The translations under genes and the position numbers were made by a program. 57,279 nucleotides of DNA from Schmidtea nova. Its lineage: Eukaryota. Below are positions 25,619 through 38,570 of this stretch, piece after piece. The notes below the pieces were generated by a model. It ran no database searches and was not told the DNA's origin. It saw only the letters and a list, made by a program, of their open reading frames with translations. The stretch spans positions 408,152,722 to 408,210,000 of the forward strand of contig CM097883.1 of the NCBI GenBank assembly GCA_044892505.1, written 5' to 3'. Positions within the stretch are counted from its first letter, which is position 1; each line of letters opens with the position of its first letter.

Positions 25619-26898
25619 GTCCTACCATTATTGGAATTAGTGATATTAATATTAAAAAAGATCAAAATTGAAACAAAAAGATAAATTGATAGTATAAAAA
25701 CTTGTTTAAAAATATTTGAATAAAACTGGGAGATATGATTTTCATAATAATGTTTGAAATACAGAACGAAGTCTAATAAATTACACGTGACAAAGGAATT
25801 CCCATAGAAAGACACTTTGGAAAATCAGCCCAAATAAATCAGGCAAAATCTCTTTTAGGTTGCCAATCAGTGAATAAAAACGATTTTAAAGTGAAAGAAT
25901 GCAATCACATCAAGGCAACTTCAAAAACAGCAGTTTGTTAAGTTAAAACTAAGAATCGCCTAAAACTTAAAATCTAAACATTTCACGGTGAAGACAAAGA
26001 TACTAACATTGAAGCTGATGGAAATTTTGAAGGTTTGTTTCATAACATCATAAAAGATTATGATATTGATGAAACTAGTCTATCTTGGCACCTATTGTAT
26101 GATGTATAATGATACTTGGAACGGTCGACAAAAAAACATCTGCAGTGTCCGAAAAAAGACTTACGCTTAAAACAAAGCAAAATGAGTTCTTAAAAATAAG
26201 ATCATCAACTAGTCAAATGGAAACAGAGTTTATTCATGAATATGACACAGAAAATCCCAGTACAGTCATTAGTTCAATTTGTTAGAAGATGGACAAATAT
26301 TAAAAATTTAAAAATTAAAATATTATATAATAAGGACAGACAAATACAGAATAAATGTACATATACAAAATTAAATATAATCGGCTGAAAAATGGATATA
26401 TTCGAGAAGCAGCAATATTCGTGAAAATGATGACAATTTTATGATAACAATTGTGACTATATTGATAACAACAATTTGATGTGATCAATTAATTATATTT
26501 TGTTAATTATGTGTGGTTTTGGGGATTTTTATTTTTGTGAACAATAAATTTTATTTTTTAATTGATTTGTGATAAATTGCGATAGGAACGATTTTTGTAA
26601 TTAAGAGACAAATTAAAAACAAAAGGANNNNNNNNNNNNNNNNNNNNNNNNNNNNNNNNNNNNNNNNNNNNNNNNNNNNNNNNNNNNNNNNNNNNNNNNN
26701 NNNNNNNNNNNNNNNNNNNNNNNNNNNNNNNNNNNNNNNNNNNNNNNNNNNNNNNNNNNNNNNNNNNNNNNNNNNNNNNNNNNNNNNNNNNNNNNNNNNN
26801 NNNNNNNNNNNNNNNNNNNNNNNNNNNNNNNNNNNNNNNNNNNNNNNNNNNNNNNNNNNNNNNNNNNNNNNNNNNNNNNNNNNNNNNNNNNNNNNNNN

Positions 26899-27005
26899 CT
26901 GTTGACAAAGTCCACAGTTGAAAGAGAAAGGCACTTAGTGCCAAGATAGACAAACAAAAAGGCACTTAATGCCAAGCAAAAGAAAAACAAAGCACTAAGT
27001 GCTTA
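26899..27005. repeat. Minisatellite containing near-palindromic GGCACTT(A)GTGCC, running into the gap
   Basis: aaaggcacttagtgccaag, aaaggcacttaatgccaag, aaagcactaagtgc. Confidence 0.65.
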
Positions 27006-28089
27006 TTTTTTAAACTTAACTCAAAAAAATCACAAAAGTGCAAATCCTAATTATAATTTATATAATATAATTTATCTTTTTAGTAATTTTTATAATATAA
27101 TTTAAATGTGTAAATAATAATTTTTATAATAAATCATTAATTTTACCGTTAAAATATTAATAAAATAAATCTAATAAATTCATAAATAGGAAAGAGTTGG
27201 TATTACAAATTCATAGCATTCTTGACAATTCAATCATTTAAAACAACTGAAAATTATTTACACGGGTTTACATAAGAAAATAATCAATAGGAATTTAGAA
27301 TAGAATCAAATAAATTTTAAAATTTAATACATAATTTTATTAATTATTTTGTTATATTAACATTTTTAAATATTTATAAATATACTTTAACCATCATTAA
27401 CAAATAAATTTCCAAAAGCAAAATTTATCTGTATTTTCTTTACAAATTTATAAAAGCCAACCGAATCAACATATAATAATAAAATACAGATTTTTAATCG
27501 GATTGAATTATAAAATATATAATAATAAATAATTAAAATTAAAATATGACAATTAAAACAAAGAATTATAATATTGATAAAAGACAATTAAAGTTGATAC
27601 ATATGAAAATTAATATAACTTATGATTTATAAATATCAATTAAGTGTAGAGAACCAAACTTTTAACCTCCGGGATGCTGGTAAAAGGGATGATACCAAAA
27701 ATAGTAACTACGTTTTGTACTTTAAAGAAAATAATGGAAATTTCGCTGAGTAAACTGCAAAATGTTTACATACAAATTAAGGGGTGACACAAATTTTACT
27801 ATATATACGGACTGATTTTTCAGTCAAACGACCCAATAAATCAAAAGCTTTAAAGAAGAATTGCAAATTCAGTAGTTGATATTGCAATATAATTTGAGCA
27901 TACCCATTTACACATCCGAGCTCAGGAAGCTGCGAACATTCACACACACACGCATGTATATATACATATATAAAATACAAGTCGAAATCTTATATTTTTA
28001 TTTTGAGGTAATTGGTATTTATTGAATTGTAATTTGTATTAAATCAAAAAAAAGTTTTGAAAGAACCAGTGTCTGGCTTATTTATTTAT

Positions 28090-29700
28090 ATCGGCTCATC
28101 AAGTTGAGATTCTTGGAACCTCAACAAATTGAAAACACCTTTCAGTTTGGTCTTGATGATTCCGAATCCGAAAAAGAAGACAGCAACCAAAACAGAGGTA
28201 AATATCCTTGCATAAGTGCAGTTATGGACAGAACAGACGTTAGCAATTGAGACGCATGTAAAATTATTAATACATGCTTGCACGAAATGGAACTTGCTCA
28301 GCCGAGCAATATACTGGAAGCGACAAAACTCAAAAGACAGAGAGTGTATTGGCGTGAGAAGCACGTAGAAAGTCAAGCAGAGCAAGAACAGGGACTAATA
28401 TGAATTGTGTTCGATGTCAGAATAGATAACACAAAAGTGGTAGAAACAAATAATGTCAGAAGAACATGCAAGCAAGACCTTTACGTCGTTATCTCATTTC
28501 ATGGTGATCAGCACATTGATCATGTGTCTCCTCAAAGTGCGTAGTCAAGCGATATAACCATAGAACTGTTGTCCGTAATCCGTGACACCAAGTCTATGGA
28601 TTCATTATGTGCTGTAGTATTCGATAGCACCAGGGCAATACAGGCAATACAGGCAATACAGGGCAACGCAATGGGCTCATACGAAAGCTGGAGATGAGCC
28701 TTAATCGCCCCTTGGAGGGGCTTATTTGCATGTTGTATTTGAATGAATTGGCCTTTCAAGATGTCTATAAACTAATCGATGGTAAAACTTCGATGAGAAG
28801 CTGAGAAGCTCCATTTTAAATAAACTCAATTTAGACCCTTGCTCAATACCCATTGTGTCATTTTGCGCAATTTCTAGTCAAGTGGTGAATTTGGATGCTG
28901 ACTTTGAGGATAATCTCAGTCAAGACCAAAAATATCTTCTAAAAGCCTATCTTGTCATTCAATTCGGATATAAATCCGCAAACGAAAGAGAAACTCGCTT
29001 TTTAAGTACGGCTTCTCTAGGAGCACTATGTCATGCGAGATGGCTCACTCATGCAAACCGAACACTTTATCTTTACATCGCGACCAAGGAGCCGTCTGGG
29101 CAGCTGATTAAACTTGTATATTTCATAGTCAATATTTATGCTCCCTCTTGGTTTAATATCAAAAAGCACCCGAAATTTAAAGATGGCTCGTGGAAGTTTT
29201 TGCTTTTTAATGGAAAAATGCCAGAAACGGGTGGAGGCCAACCTAAGGAAAACAGTGGAATGTTCACTAGTGAGAAACTGTTATTTCGCTCATTCAGAAA
29301 ATATACTTCCAGTGACATTCGTAAAGATACGATCCTCAAGATTTCAGCTGCACGTAGAGCACGGGGGGGAAATGAAATTCGTAAACTTTGCAAGTCAGAA
29401 GCACATTTAAATTTTCATGCCACAAACTTCTACGAGATGATAAACAAGGAACTGTCAAAAATATATCCACCTCCCATAATTGCATCTTTCACAGACAAGG
29501 AATTATTCTTACAAACAAGCAGTGGCCCTCTTTTCATTATAAACTTATATTGTCATTCTCAATTTGTTGAGCGAGCAGTGAAAAAAGTTACAAGAATATC
29601 GTCTAAAGTCTTTGGTCACAATTCACGTCACGGATTTACTGATCTCATCGGAAGTCTCGTTAAAGAAAGCTCCAAGACTTGATTCCAAAAAAAAGACTAT
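28090..29700 (+). mobile_element. DDE transposase pseudogene, hAT-superfamily-like (hATm/hATx type)
   Basis: MDRTDVSN, IVFDVRIDNT (first D), AVVFDSTRA(N)TGQRNGLIRKLE...ICML (second D and CxxH region), CHARWLTHANRTLYLY...YAPSWFNIK and CHSQFVERAVKKVT (E), with stops and frameshifts. No TIR pair found. Confidence 0.75.
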
Positions 29701-30229
29701 TTGCTTTTTAACTAAACTCTGTGTTAATAAACATTCTATCTTAATTAGAAGCTTACACTTCCATTATCAGAAAAAATATTCTTCTTTGTTTCTCTTCAAA
29801 TGTGTAATTTAAACGGGTAAGTCTAACGAAATATTACAGAAAAAGTTGGAAACCCTGAAAAGCAATTAAAAATTACTTAAACATCGTTTTTCCATATAAC
29901 TCAATACGGAACAACTTTTGAAAGTAGTAATAAAGCCATAAATAATAAATACTATTTTATAAAAAATGAATAAATAAAAATATTTTAATGATTTCCTAAA
30001 TTTTTCAACAGAAAATTTACACAAATCGATAATAACAACTGTAGTGCCTCTACTTTATGCATATTTATAATATCCTATATATACTAAATTATAATATATA
30101 ATAATAATCCCGATAAAAGAAAAAATGCACGTTCAATAAATAAAAGATGGAGCAACCAGCACCAGAAAACTATTTCATGTTTAATAAAATTTTGCTTTTC
30201 GTTACAGTGTATTTCCAGTCACGATAATC

Positions 30230-30246
30230 GGTGTCAGAAGTGGGAT
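30230..30246 (+). other. tRNA-Leu-type primer-binding site of a decayed LTR element
   Basis: GGTGTCAGAAGTGGGAT is complementary to the 3' end of animal tRNA-Leu (ATCCCACTTCTGACACCA), with the first T mutated. The reverse strand lacks the rest of a tRNA. Confidence 0.6.
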
Positions 30247-31049
30247 AGTGATTAAATTTCAAGTGGGATGTTAAGTTATTGACAAAGATTAATTGGAGGA
30301 TATTATTGATTGATTGCTCGGTGATTTGAAGTCGTATATTGTGAATGATTTCATCCTTCCCATTAATGGCTATAATCCTAGGTCGATTTATATCTTTGCT
30401 TGAAATATCCCGTTTTCAAGAAAAAACATCAGTTTCTGCAAAAGTAATTGATCGTTTAAATTTATTTCAGAAAAACTAGAAATTCGATTCGGCTGTGGAA
30501 TTTATTAAAAAGTATTGGATATTTTCCGTTAGTTTTGCAAACTTAACAACTTTGTAATAACTCATTTGGCGAATTCCTACGACGAGACCAGCTGAGTTAC
30601 GACGGAAGGGAATGTAAAACGAAAGGATCTAGCTGATAACTTGGGAACTAACTAGAATTAGTGAGATCTTTCACATAACTAAAATTTTGACAGGTTTTCA
30701 TTTTTTCATATTTGTAAGAAAAACAAATTGAGAAATTGCTAACTTTTTATATATGTTGAAAAGAAAAAAAACTGATATAATAAATTGCTCCAAAAATATA
30801 TGAAAAATTTTAAAATAAAGAGTTGGAGTTAGTCTAAACAAGCACAAAAGAGAAAATTAAATTTACACAAATCGCGTGTAAATTGATCAAATAGCAAAAT
30901 TCAAAATGTTACAAAAAATGTGCCAAATTAATAAAAAACTTGGAAAATTTGGAAATAAATATTTTCCGGGGGAAATTGATATGGGCGGATGCCAAATGAT
31001 GAGAGGATCTCAAATATATTAATATAAATAAATGGTCGTCCTTGAAATA

Positions 31050-31700
31050 AAATAAGACAAAACAAAACAAAACCGAGCCAATTCGAAAACCGAAGAAACC
31101 CGAGTTGTCAATAAATTGATTCAATTACCCCAAACAAATAAATTGTATTGAAATCCCGAGATAAAGGAGTACCCGAAATGTAAGAATAATATAAATTGTA
31201 GATAAATTAATTTGTTGTAGACCAATTACCGTAGAAAAGGACATCCGAAGAATGTGAAAAACACATTTAGAATAGAGAGGCGCCTTTCAACAATCAAATT
31301 GAAGAAGGATGTAAATCATTGTAAAAAGGAGGAAACAAATTTTCGAAGTTCGAAAGAAATAAATAATTTGAAGTCGAAGAAATAAATTAGAGTGATTTAC
31401 TGGATTCAAAGAGATTAGTAAGATTATAAAGAATAAAGCGCATATCTCAGCCAAATTAGCTCAATTCATGCGTACAGAAGTGATCTCCCTTTAAAGGATC
31501 TACCCCTAACGCAAGAAGTGTTATTGACAAAGTGTATTGATTGTGCTGAACGTAAATAAAAGTTATTGCGTTGGGTATTATTAATTATTGGAAAGACAAG
31601 AGCACGAAGAGTTCGAGAATAATACCGACTTGCATTAGACAAACCAACAATATTAGGTATAATAGATAAAGCAAACGCAGACTAAAATTCAGAATAAGAC
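31050..31700 (+). repeat. Unclassified repeat, copy 2 (paralogous to 22900-23600)
   Basis: Same shared motifs as copy 1. Confidence 0.55.
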
Positions 31701-32399
31701 GACAAAGGAGAATATATTAACAATAAACTTGATAAAAAAGAAATGAAAATTAATACAGCTATAAGGCTAGAATTTATAAAATAAGAGATCTGGGAATAAA
31801 TTACCGCGCTTGGTTTCAAGATTTACTGAAATTCGAAAAGTGCAATGAACATTGAAATACAAATAAATTAAAATAATAAATATTAATTATATTCACAAAT
31901 AAAAAATATTAAAATATTAAAAAAAATAAATAAAAAAATAAAAATAGGGGAAAAAAATAACTTTAAATACCTTTCAACATTAAATAATTACCTAAATTAG
32001 AATATGTTTATTTATAGAAATTGTTCCTCATATATGACTAAAAATAGTAATAACCTTGTTACTAAATTTAGAACCCTTGTGGTTAAATTAATATAAAAAA
32101 ACCCTGTTAATTAAATAATACACAAAGTGAATAAATAATTAAGAACCTACGAGAAACATTAAAAATAATAATAGAAGTTGAAAAACATTTAGGAAATAAT
32201 AACCAGAAAAAAATACAATTAGAATGAAAAATAAAATAGAAAATTCGATGGAAAGTGGTAAAAATATATAAATGAGAGTAAATTGAGAGAATAATAGGAA
32301 TTAAGAAACTTAATTAAACTAAATAATAGAGATAATAAATAATAACAAGAGTAGAACAAATAATAACGAAAAAATTAAATAAAATAAAATTTGGATTAT

Positions 32400-32470
32400 C
32401 TGGCCAATAAAAAGGCCAGGTCAATTCTGATTGGCAGCTTGAGCACCGAATTTACTATATAAGGAAGCGC
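32400..32470 (+). promoter_or_regulatory. Pol II-type promoter module (CCAAT, inverted CCAAT, TATATAA)
   Basis: CCAAT 32404, ATTGG 32430, TATATAA 32456. It is followed by a leader, a GTAAGTAT donor at 32600, an AG at 32675-32676 and an ATG at 32680. Confidence 0.55.
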
Positions 32471-32679
32471 TCAAGTCAGTCTTAGCAATGTCATTTTTAT
32501 ACCAACATTGGTCATTTTCACTTACAACAACTTTTCATTTATTTACAACACTCGAGGAGTACCGAAATTTATCTCTTAACGTGAATCACAGAAAACTTTG
32601 TAAGTATATTTGTTGGTAATTTAATAAATAGTTTATGTTAAAAATGTGGTTATGTTTTCTTCTATAAACGACATAGATA

Positions 32680-33050
32680 ATGCCAGAGCCTGGACGATCG
32701 TAGGGATTGTCGGCTCTCCGGGGACGTCACTCTCTGTTTCGAGTCTCGGCACGGGGCTGAGATGGATATCTCCGTAAAAGACCTTTTTTCTAATGGGAGT
32801 AGATTGTGAATGTCAGAAAATTGGGCATGGCAGCGTTCCAAATAGATAGTCACAATGTAGAAAATCCAGAACAGAGTATATCTAACAATTTTCCTATAAC
32901 GACTTTAGTGCAAACCAGCCAAATTTTCATTATTCTTTGTTGGGTGATGAAGGTAAGCCCATCAATACATTCCTCCTATCAGAAAATTATAGTGTGGGGG
33001 CAACAAATACAGAGTGAATGTCTATGCAGAGCCCGTCGATGCAACTAATA
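32680..33050 (+). pseudogene. Decayed ORF homologous to the unknown protein at 56524-57003
   Basis: FF*WE*I...RKLGMAAF aligns with IIYWGHI...CKLGLQAF, and the DNA matches too (aaattgggcatggcagcgttcc vs aaattgggactacaagcgtttc). Confidence 0.45.
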
Positions 33051-34167
33051 TTCAAGAAGAAGCAAATCCAAATATCAATTAGTACCTAATACACAATCAA
33101 TCCCAATACCGATCAGGATATCAATATCCATTTGACATTTAGTATTTGGTTCTTAATATTCGACAATTGACATTATTATCCTTAGTGCAAATATTTAATA
33201 TGAATATTCGACATTTGATATTATTATTGAATTTATTGTTTATTGGGAATGTGATATATTATTTCTTGTATATATTTTATTTCTTTTATTTTAAATGTAT
33301 ATATATTTTAGGAATTTATTATTAACAATTATTTATTTTAAAATGTACTTTTTAATGTTGATATTATAATTGATAATTGGGGCAACATAATCGCAACATT
33401 GATAATCAGAGAAAATAGCAATTATTTTAAGTGCAGTATTGATAATCGGGAAAATATCAAAAATGAAATTATTTTAATTGTTTTATGAAAAATTTTGGTA
33501 TATAAGGAGACCAAAATTTTCAAAATTCGCCCACAATTTTTCTGAAATTTAATTTCAGCCAAAATTTGCAACTCATCTTTCTCAAAGGGTAATCCTGCGA
33601 GAACATTAACTTTTCGGACAGCACAAAGACTTCCAACAAAATAAAAAAATAATTTAAACAAAACCGCATTCAAGAAATAACAAGCACACATTAAAGCACA
33701 TTAAAGAAAAAATCAATCCTTTAATAAAATTTTTAGTGTAAGAGTATCGATTAGAAATTTATATTTTGAAAGGTGTAAGATTGTCAATTTATTAACTATT
33801 GGTAATTTTTGTTGTTTAATAAATTCTTACAAAAACTCGATTTTTTATTATAAATAGTAACACAAGTGCACGTTGAGGTCAAGAAATTACAGACCTCAAC
33901 ATCTTTAAGAAATCGTAATTCTTTAAGAAACTCTGGCGGTCTTCAACTTTAATAATTTCGTTTGATTCTCTGTGTGCTATGCCAACAGTTGAGTCAATAT
34001 TAATTTGTTATTAGCATATACATATAAGCGACATTAAACAAATATTATCCTTTTGCATATGATACATTTGTGTGAGATAAACAGCCAATTTGTTAATTAT
34101 CTTATTATATATAATAACTAGTTATAAGGTGCGTTAAATAACGGTCACATTCTTTTAAATTTATATA

Positions 34168-34964
34168 TGTTACGGTCAATATAAATAATTGGGCATTATT
34201 CATAAGGCCCGGTCATTATGAATAATGCTGGAAATTGAATGGGCAATTTGAGAAATTTTTTATTCATTTTTTATTCATATTTTATTACATACAAAAATAA
34301 GAGGATATTATATTAAAGTAAATAAGTATGAAAATGCATACGCCTAACAAAAGAAACATGTACATTTACACACAAAATGTCAAATCCAAGAGTTTATTTA
34401 TTAGAGCAGCTTCCTTTTAGATGACATTTCGAGTTACATAGCTTTTTTTCTTTACGGCATTTGCATTTGTCAGATTTACATCCAAGTTTGAAGCCACATC
34501 GACTATAACCTTGGACCCCCAGTCTTGGATGACATTCTTCCACATTCTCTTAGTGACATCTCGGACCGAGGAATCTCTTCGGCAGAAATAAACTTTTCAT
34601 TACATATTGTAAATTGGTTCCTCGCTTAAAGTTGATTTATGATTCTATGTTTCGTGCCTAATTTATAAAGATTGGCATCTGTTATTTCAAGAACAAATGC
34701 CATAATATTTCTTCCATCGGTGCAACCTCTGTCAACATCTGGGACTCGAACTCTTACTGTGTCACCCTTCTTAGCGACAGGATATTTTGAATTGGAGATT
34801 CGAAGCATATTAAAGTGACCAGAGAAATTGTAGAGGTATTAATATTGACTTGGATTAATATTATCCTATATTGTCGTAAAATTTATCAAATTGACCATTC
34901 AATATCCAGCATTATTCATAATGACCGGGCATTATTGCCTAGAATAATGAAATTGACCGTAACA
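34168..34964 (-). mobile_element. Ginger2/TDD-like deletion-derivative transposon, 797 bp
   Basis: TGT...ACA ends, about 85-bp imperfect TIRs, and 4-bp flanks TATA/TACA. The internal fragment GDTVRVRVPDVDRGCTDGRNI...YKLGTK...RNQFTIC...SLRE...CNSKCH matches the C-terminus of KRBA2/Ginger-type transposases. Confidence 0.8.
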
Positions 34965-35065
34965 TACATATTTATATGTGTGTGTGTGTATTTATTATCA
35001 TAAGTAGATAAATCAATAATTATATAATTATATAATATAAATTCATGGAATGAAATTTGCCTTCA

Positions 35066-35803
35066 ATGACACCCCGCCAACCATTGATGCGTGTTTGCAT
35101 TAACATTTGCGATTATCTCACAAAATCTGCGAATGATTTAGCTCACAAGGGTTTCTATTTGAAAGCCGTCCATTTCCATGAAGCTAATAAATTGATTATC
35201 AAAAATCTTTTCACCGAAAATAATTTGCTCCCGAGTGAAGAAGCAAAGATTGAAGAACTACTGAAACTGACCGACGAATATATCGAAGGTCTGAAGCCCC
35301 ATTGTGAACAAGAACTATTCCCAAAAGTGATTAGCATCAAATCTGGCGACACCGGATATAATTATTACAAAATCACAAAAGACGCATTAGATGGATGTGT
35401 GAAATCAGCACAGATATATGATCCATACATCAGATCACAATATCAGATAAATAATTTGTTCCGCCTAGTAAAAGTGTTGATTGATCACGAAAAGAATTTG
35501 ACACAAATAAATTTGTTTACGGGTCAAATTCAAAACAAGAAGCATATTGGCCAACAGGTAGACGGATTAGAAAACATCAAGTCACACTTGTTACTAACTC
35601 AACCGGAAGTCCATTTTCAGTATAAGTTTAGCAATGATTTTCATGATCGTAAAATATTATTCAGCAACGGTTTCGTGATCTCACTGGGAAGGGGTCTAGA
35701 CATCTTTTCTGATAACAATATTAATGAGGATATTGAAGATGAGAGGAAACGTTGCAAGGAAACTGACATTTACATTTTTCGATCTCTTTCTCTCTACAAA
35801 TAA
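35066..35803 (+). CDS. MITD1: MIT domain-containing protein 1 homologue (MIT and PLD-like MIT_C), intronless, about 245 aa
   Basis: TGYNY, IYDPYIRSQYQINNL, FHDRKILFSNGFVISLGRGLDIF and RCKETDIYIF match the MITD1 C-terminal domain. The N-terminal helices are MIT-like. The start could be the ATG at 35066 or 35087. Confidence 0.9.
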   Translation: MTPRQPLMRVCINICDYLTKSANDLAHKGFYLKAVHFHEANKLIIKNLFTENNLLPSEEAKIEELLKLTDEYIEGLKPHCEQELFPKVISIKSGDTGYNYYKITKDALDGCVKSAQIYDPYIRSQYQINNLFRLVKVLIDHEKNLTQINLFTGQIQNKKHIGQQVDGLENIKSHLLLTQPEVHFQYKFSNDFHDRKILFSNGFVISLGRGLDIFSDNNINEDIEDERKRCKETDIYIFRSLSLYK

Positions 35804-36269
35804 CTCACAAATCTTATTATTACCTACCTTTTTTAGGATATTTACATTTTGACTCTCATAAATAACATTTTAATTTTACGGAAATAGCTTTATTTCACAT
35901 AAGATTAAATGTAGAAGAATTATTTTTTTAATTTATTTCGAATAGCGTTTCGCTTTAAAAAACTAGATTGAAATATCTGTAATTTTGTAGAGACCTTTTT
36001 ATCTGAGAAGGCAATGCGAAACTGACCAATAAAACGTACTTTTTCGGGTTTTCATTAAATAAATAATAATAGTAGATATCTCTGACTCTTCTAACTCTTT
36101 AATTCAATAAATAATAACACTAAACGTATATTTGTATTCAATTTATTACAAACTAGGATTAAAGTATCCACTTTACTGATAAGATATTTTTAAATAAATT
36201 CAATATTTCCATTTAAACTTACTTTAGTTTTCTTCGTCCTTGCCTTAGGCAAAATGCTTAATTAATTTT

Positions 36270-36540
36270 TATAGTAAAATAATCCTTTTGATTAACAGTA
36301 GGCATTTAGTGGCCATCTGGCTCACCCCCTTCCGATCCAAATGATGTCCAAAGAAATTTTTGAAGCAAAAACAGCAGTTTACCAGTGCTCAGTTAGTTGA
36401 ATGTCTTGCTATTGACATTCCTAGAACTGGGCAGAAAATTTTCACCTAAACTTAAATAATAACTTCGTTTACACTACATGTAAATAAGGAGGCCTGGGAA
36501 TAACATCATCTATAGACGAATACCTTATTCAATCAATAAC
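36270..36540 (-). mobile_element. Highly decayed Gypsy-like RT fragment
   Basis: SIDDVI...HV...FFGHHLDRKGV resembles YIDDILI...FLGH.I...GI. Confidence 0.35.
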
Positions 36541-36699
36541 CCACATGATTAGAATACTTAACTCTAAAGATACCCATATGAAAAATTTCGATATAGGTGA
36601 AATGAAACTTGTAAAAGAAATAAGATTTAAAAATCAAAGAAATGACCTAAATAGCCCCCTTAACTGAATAAGTGGTGACGAAAAAGGTGATTTGGAAGG

Positions 36700-37140
36700 C
36701 CCTAAATGTCCGATATACGCAATTAATTGCAGAGGTTTCCTTTCCAAATACTGTCTCAAGTACAGATATTTCCTTTCCTTTGTTTCATCTGTGTCCTCGA
36801 TGCAAGCTCTCACAATTGCTCGCCATCAAGAATATTCCATGACCCTTCCATTGAATACCGTAAGCTATAAGGGTTTCATCCCTGTCAACAGTTTTGGTCT
36901 TTCCTTAACCTTCTTAATCTGAAAAGATTGTTCCCCAATCTTAAATGATTCCATTTTAATACTTTCTTCTTTTTTACTGAACGCTAGCTCTCCTATTCGA
37001 TTAAATTCCGCTTCCAGTCGGCCGATGTCTCTCTCAATATCTTTAAGTTCGCTTCCTCTCTCTTATTCCCGAGCTTGCTGCTTCAGCTTTTCGAATTCTG
37101 TCTGCTCAAACTTTACTCGAGATTTCATTAACATTATTAG
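36700..37140 (-). mobile_element. BEL/Pao-like gag fragment (DUF1759-like)
   Basis: KPL*LTVFNGRVMEYS*WRAIVRACIEDTDETKERKYLYLRQYLERKPLQLI matches the L.LP.F.G...Y..W...F....EK..YL.QYL pattern. Confidence 0.65.
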
Positions 37141-37166
37141 TACTGTAAATAGATTTAACTTTGTTT

Positions 37167-37776
37167 TTAAACCATGGCTCCTTCCTTGTTGAAAATATCA
37201 GTATTAACTCTTAAATCATCACTGCATTGTTGTGTGAAATCTAGGAAAAGATATCCATGAGAAGCTTTTGTAGCCTTTTGAAACGCATCAATCAGGAAGT
37301 TCCGATTTGAAGGGTAAGCTTGTCTTGCCAGAAAATCAATAACTGTTGCATCTCTAGGATTTTTAAAAACAGCAAGATATTGAACATTAAAATTCCGGGT
37401 TCGATGACTACATCCCTGATGAAATAAATTCTGAGTAATAAAAATAATTGTAACACCTTTGTGTCTACTGATTTTCGTAAATAAATTATTAAAGTCCTTT
37501 TCTTTGTTGGCTTTTTGATAAAAGTCATCAATAATAATGACTTCCTTGGCGTAATCTAGATGACCAGTTTTTATCGAAACATTTTATGATTGTCATTTTT
37601 ATTTTACAAAATTGATCTTGAGTCATTCCATGTTCATCATCAGCTCCCCTATGCCAATATATTTAATTGAATTTAGATTTGAATAATTTAGATTGCAACA
37701 ATTTACAAACAAATAAAGTTTTCCCACTCCCGCTCGGTCCAATAATTTGAAACACTGCATCATTTCTTTATTCCAT
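37167..37776 (-). pseudogene. Polinton/Maverick-type DNA-packaging ATPase (A32/FtsK-HerA family)
   Basis: Walker A GPSGSGKT (37717-37740), Walker B VIIDD, then LFTKISRHKGVTIIFITQNLF, RTRNFNVQYLAVFKNPRD, FLARQAYP, AFQKAT...HGYLFLD and RVNTDIF. It has two premature stops and one frameshift, so it is absent from the ORF track. Confidence 0.9.
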
Positions 37777-37869
37777 ATTTAAAAATTATATTAAATTAGT
37801 ATTATTGTTTATATTTGTTATAAATACTAGTTGTCATTGTATTTGTTTCATTTAAAAATATTTTCAGTA

Positions 37870-38483
37870 ATGATTAGAAACATTAATTATAAAGGTAAGA
37901 CATATGTGAATTTTCCAAATGAGAAACCACAGCAAATTGTAGATAGAAGTGGGAAGTATCCAATAATATACTTTAAGACAGGCATTTATAGAATAATGGG
38001 ATGCAAGGAATTTATTAGTGATGAAAAAGTAAAGTTTGACGATTTAACAATACAATCGATCACTGTAACTGCAGATTTATTTGTAATTTAAATGAATTAT
38101 CTAAATTGATAGAATGTGTTTACGAGCCAGAATTATTTCCAGCTTTGAGATATATCAAATATAATCCCATGTGTGTAATTATATTTGCAAGTAGTAAATT
38201 AGTCATTTTAGGATTAAAAAACAAAGACTATTCAAATATAGTTGATAATATTATTAATGATATAAAATCAATTATCGAAGATAAAGCCTTTGTTGATTTC
38301 ATACTAACATGTGACTGCAATATTGATGCAATAGAAATGCACGATTATGATTGGTCCAGTATGTATTTCGAGAATAAAGAAATGTTGTGCATGCTTGAAT
38401 CTGATTGGTTCAATGTGTATTATTTTATACATGTTGTGTGTTTCTATCATATATATATTTATTGTATGAACATTCTATCATAG
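37870..38483 (+). pseudogene. Divergent TATA-binding-protein-like gene (copy 1, frameshifted)
   Basis: LTIQSITVTADL, YEPELFPALRY and IIFASSKLVILGLK correspond to TBP repeat 2 (FKIQNMVGSCDV, YEPELFPGLIY, LIFVSGKVVLTGAK). The first half IYFKTGIYRIMGCK resembles a shortened repeat 1. A 7-bp deletion near 38080 relative to copy 2 breaks the frame. Confidence 0.75.
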
Positions 38484-38570
38484 TTTATATCTAAAAAAGG
38501 TGCTTAAAAGAAACTATGCTAAAAAGTGGTAAGGATAACACTTATTATTTTTCAATTTTAATATTATTTA

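Noticed and set aside
28086-28385. 99-aa minus-strand ORF resembling a signal peptide, Cys-rich ectodomain, TM helix and tail
   Set aside because: It is the antisense shadow of the hAT-like transposase N-terminus, whose motifs are clear on the plus strand.
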